Part shown: positions 19,681 through 29,626 of the stretch, one piece after another
Layout: each line of letters begins with the position of its first letter
Numbering within the stretch: position 1 is the first letter of the stretch
Source of the DNA: Bdellovibrionales bacterium
GTDB taxonomy: Bacteria > Bdellovibrionota > Bdellovibrionia > Bdellovibrionales > JAGQZY01
Direction: 5' to 3'
Assembly (NCBI GenBank): GCA_031426555.1
Contig: JANPLN010000009.1
Location: 1 to 64,000 of the forward strand
Length of the DNA stretch: 64,000 bases
Translations under genes and position numbers: made by a program
The notes under the pieces: model-generated
Seen by the model: the letters and a program-made list of their open reading frames with translations, nothing else
Databases searched by the model: none
Told to the model about the DNA's origin: nothing

Positions 19681-19733
19681 AAGCTAAGGATCTCGCCTAG
19701 ACATCGTCTTAAAGCTTAGCTATATGAAATGGT

Positions 19734-21503
19734 ATGAGTACTGAAACCGTTTCTTCATTGGATCCTATTTATTTAACGATGGCGCACGCGCTGCAAAAAG
19801 CGTTGGTGGAGTTGGGCGTTGTGGATGCTTCGGTGGAGAAAATTGCTGCTGAGTTGACGACGCCGCCGAAGGTTGAGATGGGGCATTTTGCGTTTCCTTG
19901 TTTTCAGTATGCGAAGGCCTTGCAAAAGAAGCCGACGGAGTTGGCGCAAGAACTTGCGCACAAGTTGCAGGCTCCGTTTTCTAAAGCGCCCTTTTCTAAG
20001 TCTCAAGTTGCTGGGCCCTACTTGAATTTATTTTTATCGCCGCAGGAATTAGGGAAAAGTGTGATTGCGCCTTTGCAAAAGGGGCAACTGCTTCAGCGGG
20101 CGCCACAAAAAATGGATCCTATTCTCATTGAATACTCGCAGCCCAACACCCACAAGGAGCTGCATGTGGGACACATGCGCAATATGTGTTTGGGCAACGC
20201 TCTTGTGCGCATTTTGCGTTACACCGGTCGACCGGTGGTGGCGAACACCTATCCAGGAGATGTGGGGACGCATGTTGCAAAGTGTTTGTGGTACATGAAA
20301 TATCACAATTCACAGTCCGCCCCTACCGAAGGTAAAGGGGAGTGGTTGGGCAAAATGTATTCGTTGGCCCACAATAAACTCGAAGACGAGCGCGGCACTC
20401 CGCAAGAGGAAGTAAATCGCCAGCAGCTGACCGCTATCCTTAAGCAACTGGAACAAAAAAGTGGTGAATTTTACGAACTTTGGCAGCAGACACGGAAGTG
20501 GTCCATCGATTTGATGAAAGCCTTGTATGCGTGGGCCGACGTGCAGTTCGATGTTTGGTATTGGGAGTCCGAAGTGGATTCCGCCTCTGTCAAGGCGGCT
20601 GAAGAACTTTACCAGCAGGGCAAACTGACAAAATCGGAGGGCGCCATTGGCTTGGATCTCGAGGCTGAAGGTTTAGGATTTTGTCTGTTGTTAAAAACTG
20701 ATGGCAATGGCTTGTACGCCACTAAGGATATTGAGCTTGCCCGCCGAAAATTTGCCACCTACAAACCGTCGCGCTCCATCTATGTTGTGGACATGCGCCA
20801 GGAGCTGCACTTTAAACAAGTATTTGCAGTGCTTAAAAATATTGGTTTTGCCGAAGCCGAAAAATGCTTTCATCTAAAATATAATTTTGTGGAATTGCCC
20901 GACGGAGCGATGAGCTCGCGCAAAGGTAACATTGTGCCGATTATGGAACTCATCCACAGAATGCGCGATCACGTGAAGACGCACTACCTGGCGCGCTACA
21001 ATGAGGAATGGTCGCAACAAGAGATCGATCAGACGGCCGACATGGTCACCCATGGGGCCATCAAGTACGGCATGAACGCCATGGACCCGAACAAAAAGAT
21101 TATTTTTAAAATGGAAGAGTGGCTCAAGCTGGATGGCGAGTCGGGGCCATATGTTCAGTATTCTTATGCACGAATTCAATCGTTGCTACAAAAGATTCCG
21201 CAAACCTCCGCCACGGTGAACTTTGCAAAGCTCGAAATGCCCGTGGAGCTTGAGCTGTCGTTGAAGCTCGCTCAGTTTAATAAAACCGTAGAGAATTGCG
21301 CACAAAATTTAAGAACATCCACGCTGTGCATATATCTTTACGAAACCGCTAAATTGTTTAATAGTTTTTACCACGACTGTCCCATTGGGAAGATCGATGA
21401 CGTCGAGCTTCAACAAGCCCGGTTAGCTTTGGTGCAAGCCACGGGCGATCTATTGAAAAAAGGCTTAGAGCTTTTGGGTATTCCCGCACCTGGTAGAATG
21501 TAA
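19734..21503 (+). CDS. argS: Arginine--tRNA ligase
   Basis: EYSQPNTHKELHVGH, MSSRKG, GESGPYVQYSYAR, C-terminal LLGIPAPGRM. Confidence 0.96.
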   Translation: MSTETVSSLDPIYLTMAHALQKALVELGVVDASVEKIAAELTTPPKVEMGHFAFPCFQYAKALQKKPTELAQELAHKLQAPFSKAPFSKSQVAGPYLNLFLSPQELGKSVIAPLQKGQLLQRAPQKMDPILIEYSQPNTHKELHVGHMRNMCLGNALVRILRYTGRPVVANTYPGDVGTHVAKCLWYMKYHNSQSAPTEGKGEWLGKMYSLAHNKLEDERGTPQEEVNRQQLTAILKQLEQKSGEFYELWQQTRKWSIDLMKALYAWADVQFDVWYWESEVDSASVKAAEELYQQGKLTKSEGAIGLDLEAEGLGFCLLLKTDGNGLYATKDIELARRKFATYKPSRSIYVVDMRQELHFKQVFAVLKNIGFAEAEKCFHLKYNFVELPDGAMSSRKGNIVPIMELIHRMRDHVKTHYLARYNEEWSQQEIDQTADMVTHGAIKYGMNAMDPNKKIIFKMEEWLKLDGESGPYVQYSYARIQSLLQKIPQTSATVNFAKLEMPVELELSLKLAQFNKTVENCAQNLRTSTLCIYLYETAKLFNSFYHDCPIGKIDDVELQQARLALVQATGDLLKKGLELLGIPAPGRM

Positions 21504-21510
21504 ATGGGTA

Positions 21511-21825
21511 TTAGTTTTGACCGATTTCTTGGTAGCCAGAAACAAACGAAATAAATTTGTCAGTCTTCATGTTGCACTTGATGACCATTCCACCGTAAGT
21601 GCTTCCGCGCACTTCGACATTCACTTCCACTTCGCCATTTTCGTTGGGGAAGCCCGAAGTCGGCGTGTAAGAAACAGAGTATTGATCTAAGTTTGAACAT
21701 TTAAAGGCATTGGCTATACACGATAATGTTTCGTCCAATTCGCACGAAGGCGGTGTTGAAGTTCCATTGGCGCTGGCGATGTTTGCAGAAAGTAAGAATA
21801 AGGAAAAAAAGAAAACTCTTAACAT
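21511..21825 (-). CDS. Small secreted hypothetical protein
   Basis: Signal peptide from MLRVFF (..IASA), four Cys. Confidence 0.6.
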   Translation of the reverse strand: MLRVFFFSLFLLSANIASANGTSTPPSCELDETLSCIANAFKCSNLDQYSVSYTPTSGFPNENGEVEVNVEVRGSTYGGMVIKCNMKTDKFISFVSGYQEIGQN

Positions 21826-21908
21826 GTGCAAAACATACAGGAACAGTGCGCGAAATGGCAGGTATTTGCTAGTGATATGAAAATATTGCAGGAATGAGAG
21901 ATTTTTGG

Positions 21909-23315
21909 TCATGGGCTGTTCGGTCTTGGAGTTGAGCAAAGGGCCTGTGCAGTATCCTTAAAGGTAAACATGCCTTTTCGTAGATAAGCGATCAAAACCT
22001 GAGTCGATTGTTGACTGATTTCCGAAACCACGTTGTCGGGTTGTTGCAGAGATGCCACACCCAAAGTGAGATGGTTTTTGATTTGTCCTTCACCCTCATT
22101 TTTCAGATAGTCTTCGGTGTACTTTTTAGCTTCGGCGCGAAGGGTTTTTAAGTTTACGGTGGAGGCTAAATTATTTCTGTGAAATCTCCAATCAAATAAC
22201 AAACGGTGATTGGTCGAGCGCAATACAGCACCTCCGGCATAGAGGTTAAATGCAAAGAGAACGTAATCGATCACAAGCTGTCGGTTTGCCAGCTCAATAT
22301 CTTGAAACGAACTAATCCCTGAGAGCCACGAATTGCGTGTGCTGTGGATTCGCACATAATCGGCGCGCACGTTGTTAACCGCGATGTACAGATTGAGTGC
22401 CGAGCAGGCAATGGCGAGGACGGGATTGGCCGTTGCAATGGCGGCGATGGTGCAGGCCAGCGGGGCTAGAGCGGGGAGAATTCCCTTGATATAGGCGATG
22501 GCTTTTTCAAAAAGGCCTTGCGGCTCAATCTTCAGTCGAAGACTTTCGGAAAAATTAATCAATCGCGGGTTGGCTTCGACGAGCTCTTGAGCGATGCCTT
22601 GATAAGCCCACAAGCCTTCGACTTTGTCATCGTTAGTAAGATCGAGTTTTTGAAACGAGTGGAGGGTTTCTTCCATGTTTGCGAGCAATTCCTGATAGGC
22701 CGCGACCACTTCGTCGTCGGTTGGAATGGGGCCGGCAGCATTGATTTGCAAAACCACAGGAGCCAGAGCTAAAATTTCGCCGAGTTGTTTTTTATAGAAA
22801 TTCGTCATGCTTTTTCTTCGCAGCCGACAGGATTCCATTTTTTCGACAAGGAATTTCCTGTCCTCAAGATACATCTGGCGATAGCGTTCACGGTCCTGTG
22901 GGGTGAGATAAAAGTCGTAGGGAGTGTACTCGTTATCTTTGAAAGGCATTGTGAGATGGCGCACAGATGCCGGAACCGTTTGCCCTGCAGTGCCAAAAGA
23001 ATCTGCCGACATGAATAAATAGGTTTTGTACTGAGCGTAAGCGCTTTTTACAACAGAGAGGGTCATTTGTTTGTATTCGCCATTGCTTTGAATAAATTCA
23101 AGTTGCTCACCGGTGGTGGTGATGCTTTCGTTGACGATCTCTTGAGCGCGGACCGAGATGAGTTTTAAAAATTTTCTTTCGTTATCAGTAAAGCGTGAAG
23201 CTTTAGGCTGGGGAGCACGACCGGGAAAGCCACCTGGGCCGGCAAAGGCGAGGGAGCTTCCGAGGAGGGAAAGTGCAAACATTAAAATAAAGAAAACGTG
23301 CTGTCTTCGAACCAC
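21909..23315 (-). CDS. Secreted hypothetical helical protein with internal hydrophobic hairpin
   Basis: 468-aa ORF with signal peptide (..LAFA) and hydrophobic segments LAPLACTIAAIATANPVLAIACSAL and YVLFAFNLYAGG. Confidence 0.7.
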   Translation of the reverse strand: MVRRQHVFFILMFALSLLGSSLAFAGPGGFPGRAPQPKASRFTDNERKFLKLISVRAQEIVNESITTTGEQLEFIQSNGEYKQMTLSVVKSAYAQYKTYLFMSADSFGTAGQTVPASVRHLTMPFKDNEYTPYDFYLTPQDRERYRQMYLEDRKFLVEKMESCRLRRKSMTNFYKKQLGEILALAPVVLQINAAGPIPTDDEVVAAYQELLANMEETLHSFQKLDLTNDDKVEGLWAYQGIAQELVEANPRLINFSESLRLKIEPQGLFEKAIAYIKGILPALAPLACTIAAIATANPVLAIACSALNLYIAVNNVRADYVRIHSTRNSWLSGISSFQDIELANRQLVIDYVLFAFNLYAGGAVLRSTNHRLLFDWRFHRNNLASTVNLKTLRAEAKKYTEDYLKNEGEGQIKNHLTLGVASLQQPDNVVSEISQQSTQVLIAYLRKGMFTFKDTAQALCSTPRPNSP

Positions 23316-23326
23316 ACCTCACGTTG

Positions 23327-23342
23327 AGCAATTCTTGAACCA
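23327..23342 (-). promoter_or_regulatory. Putative sigma54 promoter
   Basis: TGGTTCaagaaTTGCT (GG-N10-GC) just upstream of GTG 23315. Confidence 0.5.
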
Positions 23343-23456
23343 CAAATGCTGAGAATAAGAGGGGTTTGAGCTCGACTTGCGCCTCTTAAATGTCACATTT
23401 TTCTTTGCGGAGGACACAAATTGTCACACTGTCGAACTAGTTGTCGGTGCTGTAAA

Positions 23457-24209
23457 TTAGTAAAAGAAATCAGGATAGGAGCTCGCAACAGCAAATCCCG
23501 CTGCCGAAAAAAAATCCATAGCCCATAAAAGATGCGCACGCGAAGGCCGATAGTGGCCACTGTTTCGAGACAGGAGCGAAATTTCCCCATTTGGTTGAAT
23601 CTGGATGTGGCCCGCAAACAGAACGGGCTCGCCCGCAAAAAAACTGCTGTGCCGGAAGAATCTAGGGCGGGGGACGGAGCCAGAGGCAATATAAACTTGT
23701 TGATCAAGGCCAATGACAAAATCCCCGGAGATGGCAGCGTCGATTTTCGTACCAGAGGCTGCATGTAGGACGCCTTCCGCTGTCCAAATAAAACGGAACT
23801 CCTCTCTCTGCGCCTGAGTTAGCAACGGGGCTTTTGTTTGTAAACCTCCCGAGCGCATGTTCACAGTCGTTGGCCAGTAAAACTCCGGTGTAAAATGGCT
23901 CTGCACAAAAAGAGCCCCGGGATGCGAGGACGGTGGGGGAAGGTAGATGAGCATTTTTTTATGCACTCGCATCAGCTGTAAGCTGAGGAGCCGTTCTGGA
24001 ATCGATAAAAGAGACAGTGGCGTGCTAGCCAATTTTTCTGAGAGCGAGAGCGCCCGCTGCGCGAGCATTTGCAAGGCGCTTTCGTGATGAAGGGTCACAT
24101 GAAAAATATTTTTACACAGTAAACCCTCAGCGCGCCCCTCTGAAACTAACAGAGAAAAGAACAGCGAAATGCATAGGAGCGATAAGGTTGAAGATTTGAG
24201 CCTGAACAT
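23457..24209 (-). CDS. Secreted protein with C-terminal HSSF..AG..NSGHYRP domain
   Basis: Signal peptide. C-terminal RHSSFFAGEPVLFAG...NSGHYRP motif. Confidence 0.7.
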   Translation of the reverse strand: MFRLKSSTLSLLCISLFFSLLVSEGRAEGLLCKNIFHVTLHHESALQMLAQRALSLSEKLASTPLSLLSIPERLLSLQLMRVHKKMLIYLPPPSSHPGALFVQSHFTPEFYWPTTVNMRSGGLQTKAPLLTQAQREEFRFIWTAEGVLHAASGTKIDAAISGDFVIGLDQQVYIASGSVPRPRFFRHSSFFAGEPVLFAGHIQIQPNGEISLLSRNSGHYRPSRAHLLWAMDFFSAAGFAVASSYPDFFY

Positions 24210-24293
24210 TTTTAAACCGATTTAGAGAGTAACAAAAAAATGCATATTTCACTGCAAATCACTCAGCTGGTGTAATTTATTCAGCGATAAAAG

Positions 24294-24998
24294 CTATGCG
24301 CGCTTGAGTTCGATAATGACGACTTGATCTTTATGAATCTGAAACCCAATGTCCCACTTGCCATAATGCAACCAGTACGTGTGCGACACTTTCTCGAGGT
24401 AAGCCAGGGGGCGAGGATCTTCGCACAAGATTTCGCGCAATTGTTTTTTAAATAATGTGCGCTGGGCGGGCTCGATGAGCTGCAGACTGCGCGCAGCGAA
24501 GCGAACTTTAAGTTTTGCAAACGGCGTCTCCTTGGTCCACAGCACTTGTTGACCACGGGGCCGATCATAAGACGGCAAGTAAGGTTTTATATCGTAGAAT
24601 GGTGTTCCGTGGACCACATCCAGGCCCGATACGGTCAATTTATTTTTGTGGATCGCTTCGATTCGTGCCAACGAAAGTCCGATGGGATTGGGGCGGTGGG
24701 GGGAACGAGTCGCAAGCACGCCCATTTTTTTTCCGCGCAATCGCGGAGGATGAACTTTGACCAATGGCTTTTTTTGCCGGTTCAGGTGGAAACCAAAGAG
24801 CACCCAAATGTAGGTTCCTTTTTGCAAGCCGTCGAGAGTTTCCACGGGAATTTTTTTGTCGAGAATCAGTTCGGAGACAGAGTTTTTAGCAATTTGAGAC
24901 TGCCGAGGAGTGCCAAATTTATCGATAAATGGAGAATGAACAAAACCGAGTGTTATTAAAACCATAGGATTTCTGTTGTATAGTCCTTGGGGCTCCAT
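24294..24998 (-). CDS. tsaA: tRNA t6A37 N6-methyltransferase TrmO
   Basis: SPFIDKFGTPRQ, GVLATRSPHRPNPIGLS, GTPFYDIKPY, DPRP. Confidence 0.92.
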   Translation of the reverse strand: MEPQGLYNRNPMVLITLGFVHSPFIDKFGTPRQSQIAKNSVSELILDKKIPVETLDGLQKGTYIWVLFGFHLNRQKKPLVKVHPPRLRGKKMGVLATRSPHRPNPIGLSLARIEAIHKNKLTVSGLDVVHGTPFYDIKPYLPSYDRPRGQQVLWTKETPFAKLKVRFAARSLQLIEPAQRTLFKKQLREILCEDPRPLAYLEKVSHTYWLHYGKWDIGFQIHKDQVVIIELKRA

Positions 24999-25012
24999 TA
25001 GTCTAGAAATTG

Positions 25013-27103
25013 ATGAAACATTCGGCGACGAAACAAACTGGACAGACCGGTAAAAATCAAACGAAAACTATTTTTGGATCAGTCAAACGCCACCCCGACG
25101 GGTTCGGCTTTGTGCTCCCGGTTGAAGACGGTGTGCCCGATGTATTTGTTTCCCGGGAAGACATGACCGGCGTGATGTCCAACGACAAAGTCGAAGTGGA
25201 AGTTTTTAAATCTGCAAAAGGTGATAAATATTATGGCAAAATCGTGCGCATTACCGAGCGCGCAGCGAGCCGCATCGTGGGCCGATTTGAAAAACTAGAT
25301 AACGGCGATGGACGAATTGTCGATGGTATTAACCAATGGGGCCAAAGTATAAAAATTCCTTTCCGCTCCAGCCGAGGTGCCATTCACGGTGATCTGGTCG
25401 CTGCCGAAATTGTGCAATATCCAATGAATGGGCAGGAATTTACAGGGCGGGTGATCGAAATCATCGGCGATGTGGACGATCCCCTCAATGATATCAAGCG
25501 TGTGCTCCATCTGCAGAAAATTCCCAAGGAATTTCCCCCTCCCGCTTTGCGCGAGGCCGACCTTTTGCCAAGCCATGTGCTCGACAAGGAGGTGGCGGGG
25601 CGAAAAGACCTTAGAGATATTCCCCTCATCACCATCGACGGTGTCACCGCCAAGGATTTTGATGATGCGGTTTACGTGAACACCAACTCTAAGGGATTTC
25701 ATCTTTGGGTGGCGATCGCCGACGTGAGCCACTATGTGCGCACGGGAACAGCGCTTGATGACTCCGCCTACGAGCGCGGAACCAGCGTTTACTTTCCAAA
25801 TTTTGTGGTTCCCATGCTACCCGAAAAAATATCCAATGAGTTGTGTTCGTTAAAGCCAAACGTGGATCGTTTGTGCTTTGTGTGCGAAATGCAAATTTCT
25901 TTTCAGGGTGAAGTGGAGGCATCGGAGGTTTACGAGGCTGTGATGCATAGTCAAGCTCGGGTCACTTACGGTGAGGCGCAGGATATTCTCGATGAAAATA
26001 TCGAACACAGTAAGCCAGAAGTTTCAAAGAATATTCGAGCCGCAGCAGATTTGGCAAAGGTCTTGATGGCTCGACGGTTTCGCGAAGGATCCCTGGAAAT
26101 CAATGTTGGTGAGACTCAAGTGATTGTCGACGAGGCGGGGAACCCCACGGACATCATTCGCTCCCAGCGCGTGTTCTCGCATCGACTGATTGAAGAGTTA
26201 ATGTTGATTGCCAACGTGAGTGTGGCAAAAATTCTTCATAAAGCGCAAATACCATCCCTCTACAGAATTCACGAAACACCAGACCAAGAAGACATCGAAC
26301 GATTACAAAGATTTTTGCACGGTTTTGGGTCGACAAAAAAGATTCAAATTAAAGATTTGCAAAAAAAATTGACCAAAAGTTTACAAGATTTTGAGAATAA
26401 GCCCGAAGGGATTGTTCTCAACATCATGACTTTGCGAAGTATGAAGCAAGCCAAGTACAGCCAAGAAAACATCGGCCACTTTGGTTTAGGTTTTGAGTAC
26501 TATACACACTTTACGTCGCCCATTCGTCGGTACCCGGATTTGATTGTGCATCGCCTGCTTAAGAGTTTGAAAATCAACTCTTATAAAAGAGAGCAGATGA
26601 GCCCCGAGCGAGTTACATCGGCGGGAACATTCTTAAGTGCCTGTGAGCAAAGAGCCGTGAAATCGGAACGGATGCTGGTTTCTATTAAAAAAGCACGTTT
26701 TATGCATCAACATTTGGGCGAAGTGTTTGAGGGTGTGGTTAGCAGTGTTGTGCGTTTTGGGATTTTTGTACTTTTGAAGCAATTTGATGTGGACGGTCTT
26801 GTGAAAGTGGAGAACCTAGGCAAAGATCAATTTGAGTTCGACGAGGAAAATCTGCTTTTGCGTGGCAAAAAATCGGGTCTCATGTTTCGAATAGGTGATT
26901 CGATAAAAGTTCAAGTGGCAGCAGCGAACACCATCGAAGGACAAATTGATTTTGTGTTAGAAGGGGGATCGCTTGCAAAAAATAATGAGACCTCAAAGCC
27001 GTTTCAAAAAAACAATCAAAAACGCTTCGAGATTAAAAAACATATTAAAAGTTCTAGTAGCGCACGGCTTTCAGGATCTCGTAAGAAAAAGCCATCTCGC
27101 TGA
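25013..27103 (+). CDS. rnr: Ribonuclease R
   Basis: HPDGFGF cold-shock domain, TIDGVTAKDFDDA, HFTSPIRRYPD, S1 domain, basic C-terminal tail. Confidence 0.95.
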   Translation: MKHSATKQTGQTGKNQTKTIFGSVKRHPDGFGFVLPVEDGVPDVFVSREDMTGVMSNDKVEVEVFKSAKGDKYYGKIVRITERAASRIVGRFEKLDNGDGRIVDGINQWGQSIKIPFRSSRGAIHGDLVAAEIVQYPMNGQEFTGRVIEIIGDVDDPLNDIKRVLHLQKIPKEFPPPALREADLLPSHVLDKEVAGRKDLRDIPLITIDGVTAKDFDDAVYVNTNSKGFHLWVAIADVSHYVRTGTALDDSAYERGTSVYFPNFVVPMLPEKISNELCSLKPNVDRLCFVCEMQISFQGEVEASEVYEAVMHSQARVTYGEAQDILDENIEHSKPEVSKNIRAAADLAKVLMARRFREGSLEINVGETQVIVDEAGNPTDIIRSQRVFSHRLIEELMLIANVSVAKILHKAQIPSLYRIHETPDQEDIERLQRFLHGFGSTKKIQIKDLQKKLTKSLQDFENKPEGIVLNIMTLRSMKQAKYSQENIGHFGLGFEYYTHFTSPIRRYPDLIVHRLLKSLKINSYKREQMSPERVTSAGTFLSACEQRAVKSERMLVSIKKARFMHQHLGEVFEGVVSSVVRFGIFVLLKQFDVDGLVKVENLGKDQFEFDEENLLLRGKKSGLMFRIGDSIKVQVAAANTIEGQIDFVLEGGSLAKNNETSKPFQKNNQKRFEIKKHIKSSSSARLSGSRKKKPSR

Positions 27104-28550
27104 TTTTTTACCCGGGCCTTGGAGTACCGAAACCACCTCGGTTTTTAGCACACCCCAGCGCTTTCGCATGTGTCTTGAGGAGCTGGGCCCCACATTTATA
27201 AAGTTTGGGCAAATTCTTTCAACAAGAACAGATTTATTGTCGCAAGACTTCTTGCTTGAATTAAAAAAGCTTCAAGACGAGGTGCCGCCAGTTGCGTTTG
27301 AGCAAATTCAAAAAATTCTAAACGTTCAGTATCCACAGGGTGTAGAGAGTCTCTTTGAATGGATTGAATCTAAACCCATTGGCTCGGCGAGCATTGCACA
27401 GGTTCATCGAGCACGGCTCCGTACGGGAGCTTCGGTTGTGTTGAAGATCCAAAAGCCGGGTATTCAGCAAACTCTTTCTGAAGATGTTGAAGTTTTGCGA
27501 TTTTTAGCAGAAGCTTTAGACACGTGGATTATTGATTTTAAAAAGTACAATTTGGTAGCTATGGTTGACGAGTTTGCTCAAACAATCCAGCAAGAAGTAA
27601 ATTTTTTGCTAGAGGCACAAAACACTCAACGATTTTACGAAAATTTCAAAAATCGGGAAAGCATTGTCGTACCTCGGCCCTTTGTAGAACTCTCAGGTTC
27701 CCAGGTTTTGGTCATGGAATACATCGAAGGGACTTCCCTGAACGACTTCGCAGCGTCTGCAACCCTTGCACAGAAAAAAAATCTTGCCGAACGCAGTCTG
27801 ACAGCCTACGTCTCAATGGTTTTTACTGATGGTCTTTTTCATGCTGATTTGCACTCGGGCAATCTGCTTGTTGTGGACGGGAAGCATTTAGCTCTCGTGG
27901 ATTTTGGGATGGTCGGTCGGCTTTCAAAACGACTGCAAAGAGGAATTACCAACGTCTTTTTGTCACTGTCTCAAGAAGACTACGAGAAAATGGCCATCGA
28001 GTATATCGAGCTTGCGGCGGTTTATCAGGCCATAGATCGCGATAAACTCACGGAAGATCTTAGAAAAATTTTCGCCCCATACAATACGGGTTCGGGTGTG
28101 TCGGGTGCCAATGTTGCAAAACTTATGATGGAGGCTGCGGCCGTTGCCTTTAAGCACGACCTCAAGTTGCCTTCAGAATTTTTGCTGTTGTTTAGATCGC
28201 TTTTAGTACTAGAAGGAGTCGCGAAATCACTTTACGTCGATTTAGACTGGCTTTCGTTTATCACTAAAAAGGCAGCCGAAACCCAGTCGCCGCAAGATCC
28301 GTTAAAAATGATGGGTGAGGTTGCAATGATGACCCGCGAGTTCAATAGCTTGACCAGGACCTTGCCCCTGGAATTGCGTTCTTATTGGCGAAAGCGAAAT
28401 CATCCAAGTTTTGCGGAGCAAGTCGAAATCAAAAATTTGGATGAATTGGTGAAAGCACAAATAAAAAGTGCAAAGATTATTTTCTTTGCACTTATCGTGT
28501 CTAGTTTGATTATTTCGCTAACTCTTATTCTGATTAGCCGATCAGTTTAA
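26973..28550 (+). CDS. AarF/UbiB (ABC1) family atypical kinase
   Basis: LGPTFIKFGQ, SASIAQVH, VLKIQKP, FHADLHSGN, DFGMVG, C-terminal TM. Start is 26973 (TTG) or 26985. Confidence 0.9.
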   Translation: MQKIMRPQSRFKKTIKNASRLKNILKVLVAHGFQDLVRKSHLADFLPGPWSTETTSVFSTPQRFRMCLEELGPTFIKFGQILSTRTDLLSQDFLLELKKLQDEVPPVAFEQIQKILNVQYPQGVESLFEWIESKPIGSASIAQVHRARLRTGASVVLKIQKPGIQQTLSEDVEVLRFLAEALDTWIIDFKKYNLVAMVDEFAQTIQQEVNFLLEAQNTQRFYENFKNRESIVVPRPFVELSGSQVLVMEYIEGTSLNDFAASATLAQKKNLAERSLTAYVSMVFTDGLFHADLHSGNLLVVDGKHLALVDFGMVGRLSKRLQRGITNVFLSLSQEDYEKMAIEYIELAAVYQAIDRDKLTEDLRKIFAPYNTGSGVSGANVAKLMMEAAAVAFKHDLKLPSEFLLLFRSLLVLEGVAKSLYVDLDWLSFITKKAAETQSPQDPLKMMGEVAMMTREFNSLTRTLPLELRSYWRKRNHPSFAEQVEIKNLDELVKAQIKSAKIIFFALIVSSLIISLTLILISRSV

Positions 28551-29367
28551 GAGCTAAGTTTGTAATATTATTTGCCTGCGCTAGGGAAGCCGTTGAAGCC
28601 TGCAACATCACATTGTTACGTGTGAGTTCTGCTGTTTCTTCTGCGATATCTGCATCACGAATTCGTGAGTTAGCTGCCGACAAGTTTTCATGGGCGATAT
28701 TTAAGTTATTGATAGTGGAGACCAATCGGTTTTGGAAGGCTCCCATATCAGCTCTGATCGAATTCACTTTAACAAGTGACTCATCAATCACAGCTAGGGT
28801 ATTTCTCGCACCCTCTTTGTTTGAAAGAGTTTCTGCAGTCAATCCCATCGCTTCAAGAGTAGCGTCTGCGTTTGTAGCATCAAAAGAAATTCGATCTTGG
28901 AATGGATCGTTGTGCACGCCTACCTGAATTTCGTAAACGCCACCGAGTCCATTAAGCAATTCTTGCCCGTTGTACTCTGTCACTTCGGCAACACGTTGAA
29001 TTTCTTTTTTGAGACCTTGGAATTCCATATCTACAAATCCACGTTCAACGTCGCTCACTGTATCAGAAGCACTCTGAATCGCAAGTTCTCGCATGCGGAT
29101 GAGCATGTTTGAGACTTCGTTCAATCCACCTTCTGCAACTTGTGCGAGTGAGATACCGTCGTTCGCATTTCTGTTGGCTTGCTTTAAGCCACGAATTTGC
29201 GCCCTTAAGTTTTCTGAGATGGCGAGGCCCGCAGCATCATCAGCAGCTTTATTGATTCGATATCCAGAGCTCATGCGCTCTAAATTCGTTTGCATGCTTC
29301 GATTCGTATTGAACAGCTGTCTTTGGCTGTTAATAGATGCGAGATTGGTAGATATACGCAACGACAT
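28534..29367 (-). CDS. fliC: Flagellin (short, 277 aa)
   Basis: MSLRISTN, SSGYRINKAADDAAGL, GAFQNRL, SRIRDAD. Confidence 0.96.
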   Translation of the reverse strand: MSLRISTNLASINSQRQLFNTNRSMQTNLERMSSGYRINKAADDAAGLAISENLRAQIRGLKQANRNANDGISLAQVAEGGLNEVSNMLIRMRELAIQSASDTVSDVERGFVDMEFQGLKKEIQRVAEVTEYNGQELLNGLGGVYEIQVGVHNDPFQDRISFDATNADATLEAMGLTAETLSNKEGARNTLAVIDESLVKVNSIRADMGAFQNRLVSTINNLNIAHENLSAANSRIRDADIAEETAELTRNNVMLQASTASLAQANNITNLALKLIG

Positions 29368-29385
29368 AGTTTTCTCCTCTTGCGT

Positions 29386-29405
29386 GACCAATCTTCCATG
29401 AGGTC
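29386..29405 (-). promoter_or_regulatory. Putative CsrA site (AUGGA in hairpin) in flagellin leader
   Basis: gacc-tcATGGAagatt-ggtc, followed by a second GGA in the SD. Confidence 0.5.
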
Positions 29406-29464
29406 TTTGTCGACACGGGTTTATTGTTGTTTATTGTGTCAACAGCTTGTGCAATATGAACAAC

Positions 29465-29491
29465 AGATCGGAACATCATGATACAATTTAA
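29465..29491 (-). promoter_or_regulatory. Putative sigma28 promoter of flagellin
   Basis: TTAA-N15-TCCGATCT upstream of the flagellin leader. Confidence 0.55.
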
Positions 29492-29626
29492 GTCTAGATT
29501 TGAGAATTTAGACTTTTGTTGGGGCAAATAGCGTTTCACCCAGAAACAGATAGTATACAAAAACGAAACAGGATCTTTTCAGGACTCAAGTAATAGAACT
29601 TCACAAATCGAAATAAAATACCGAAG

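Noticed and set aside
26973..28550. UbiB/ABC1 kinase as the kinase for the FHA module
   Set aside because: It is coupled to rnr and separated from the module by a convergent flagellin. Nothing in the sequence links them.
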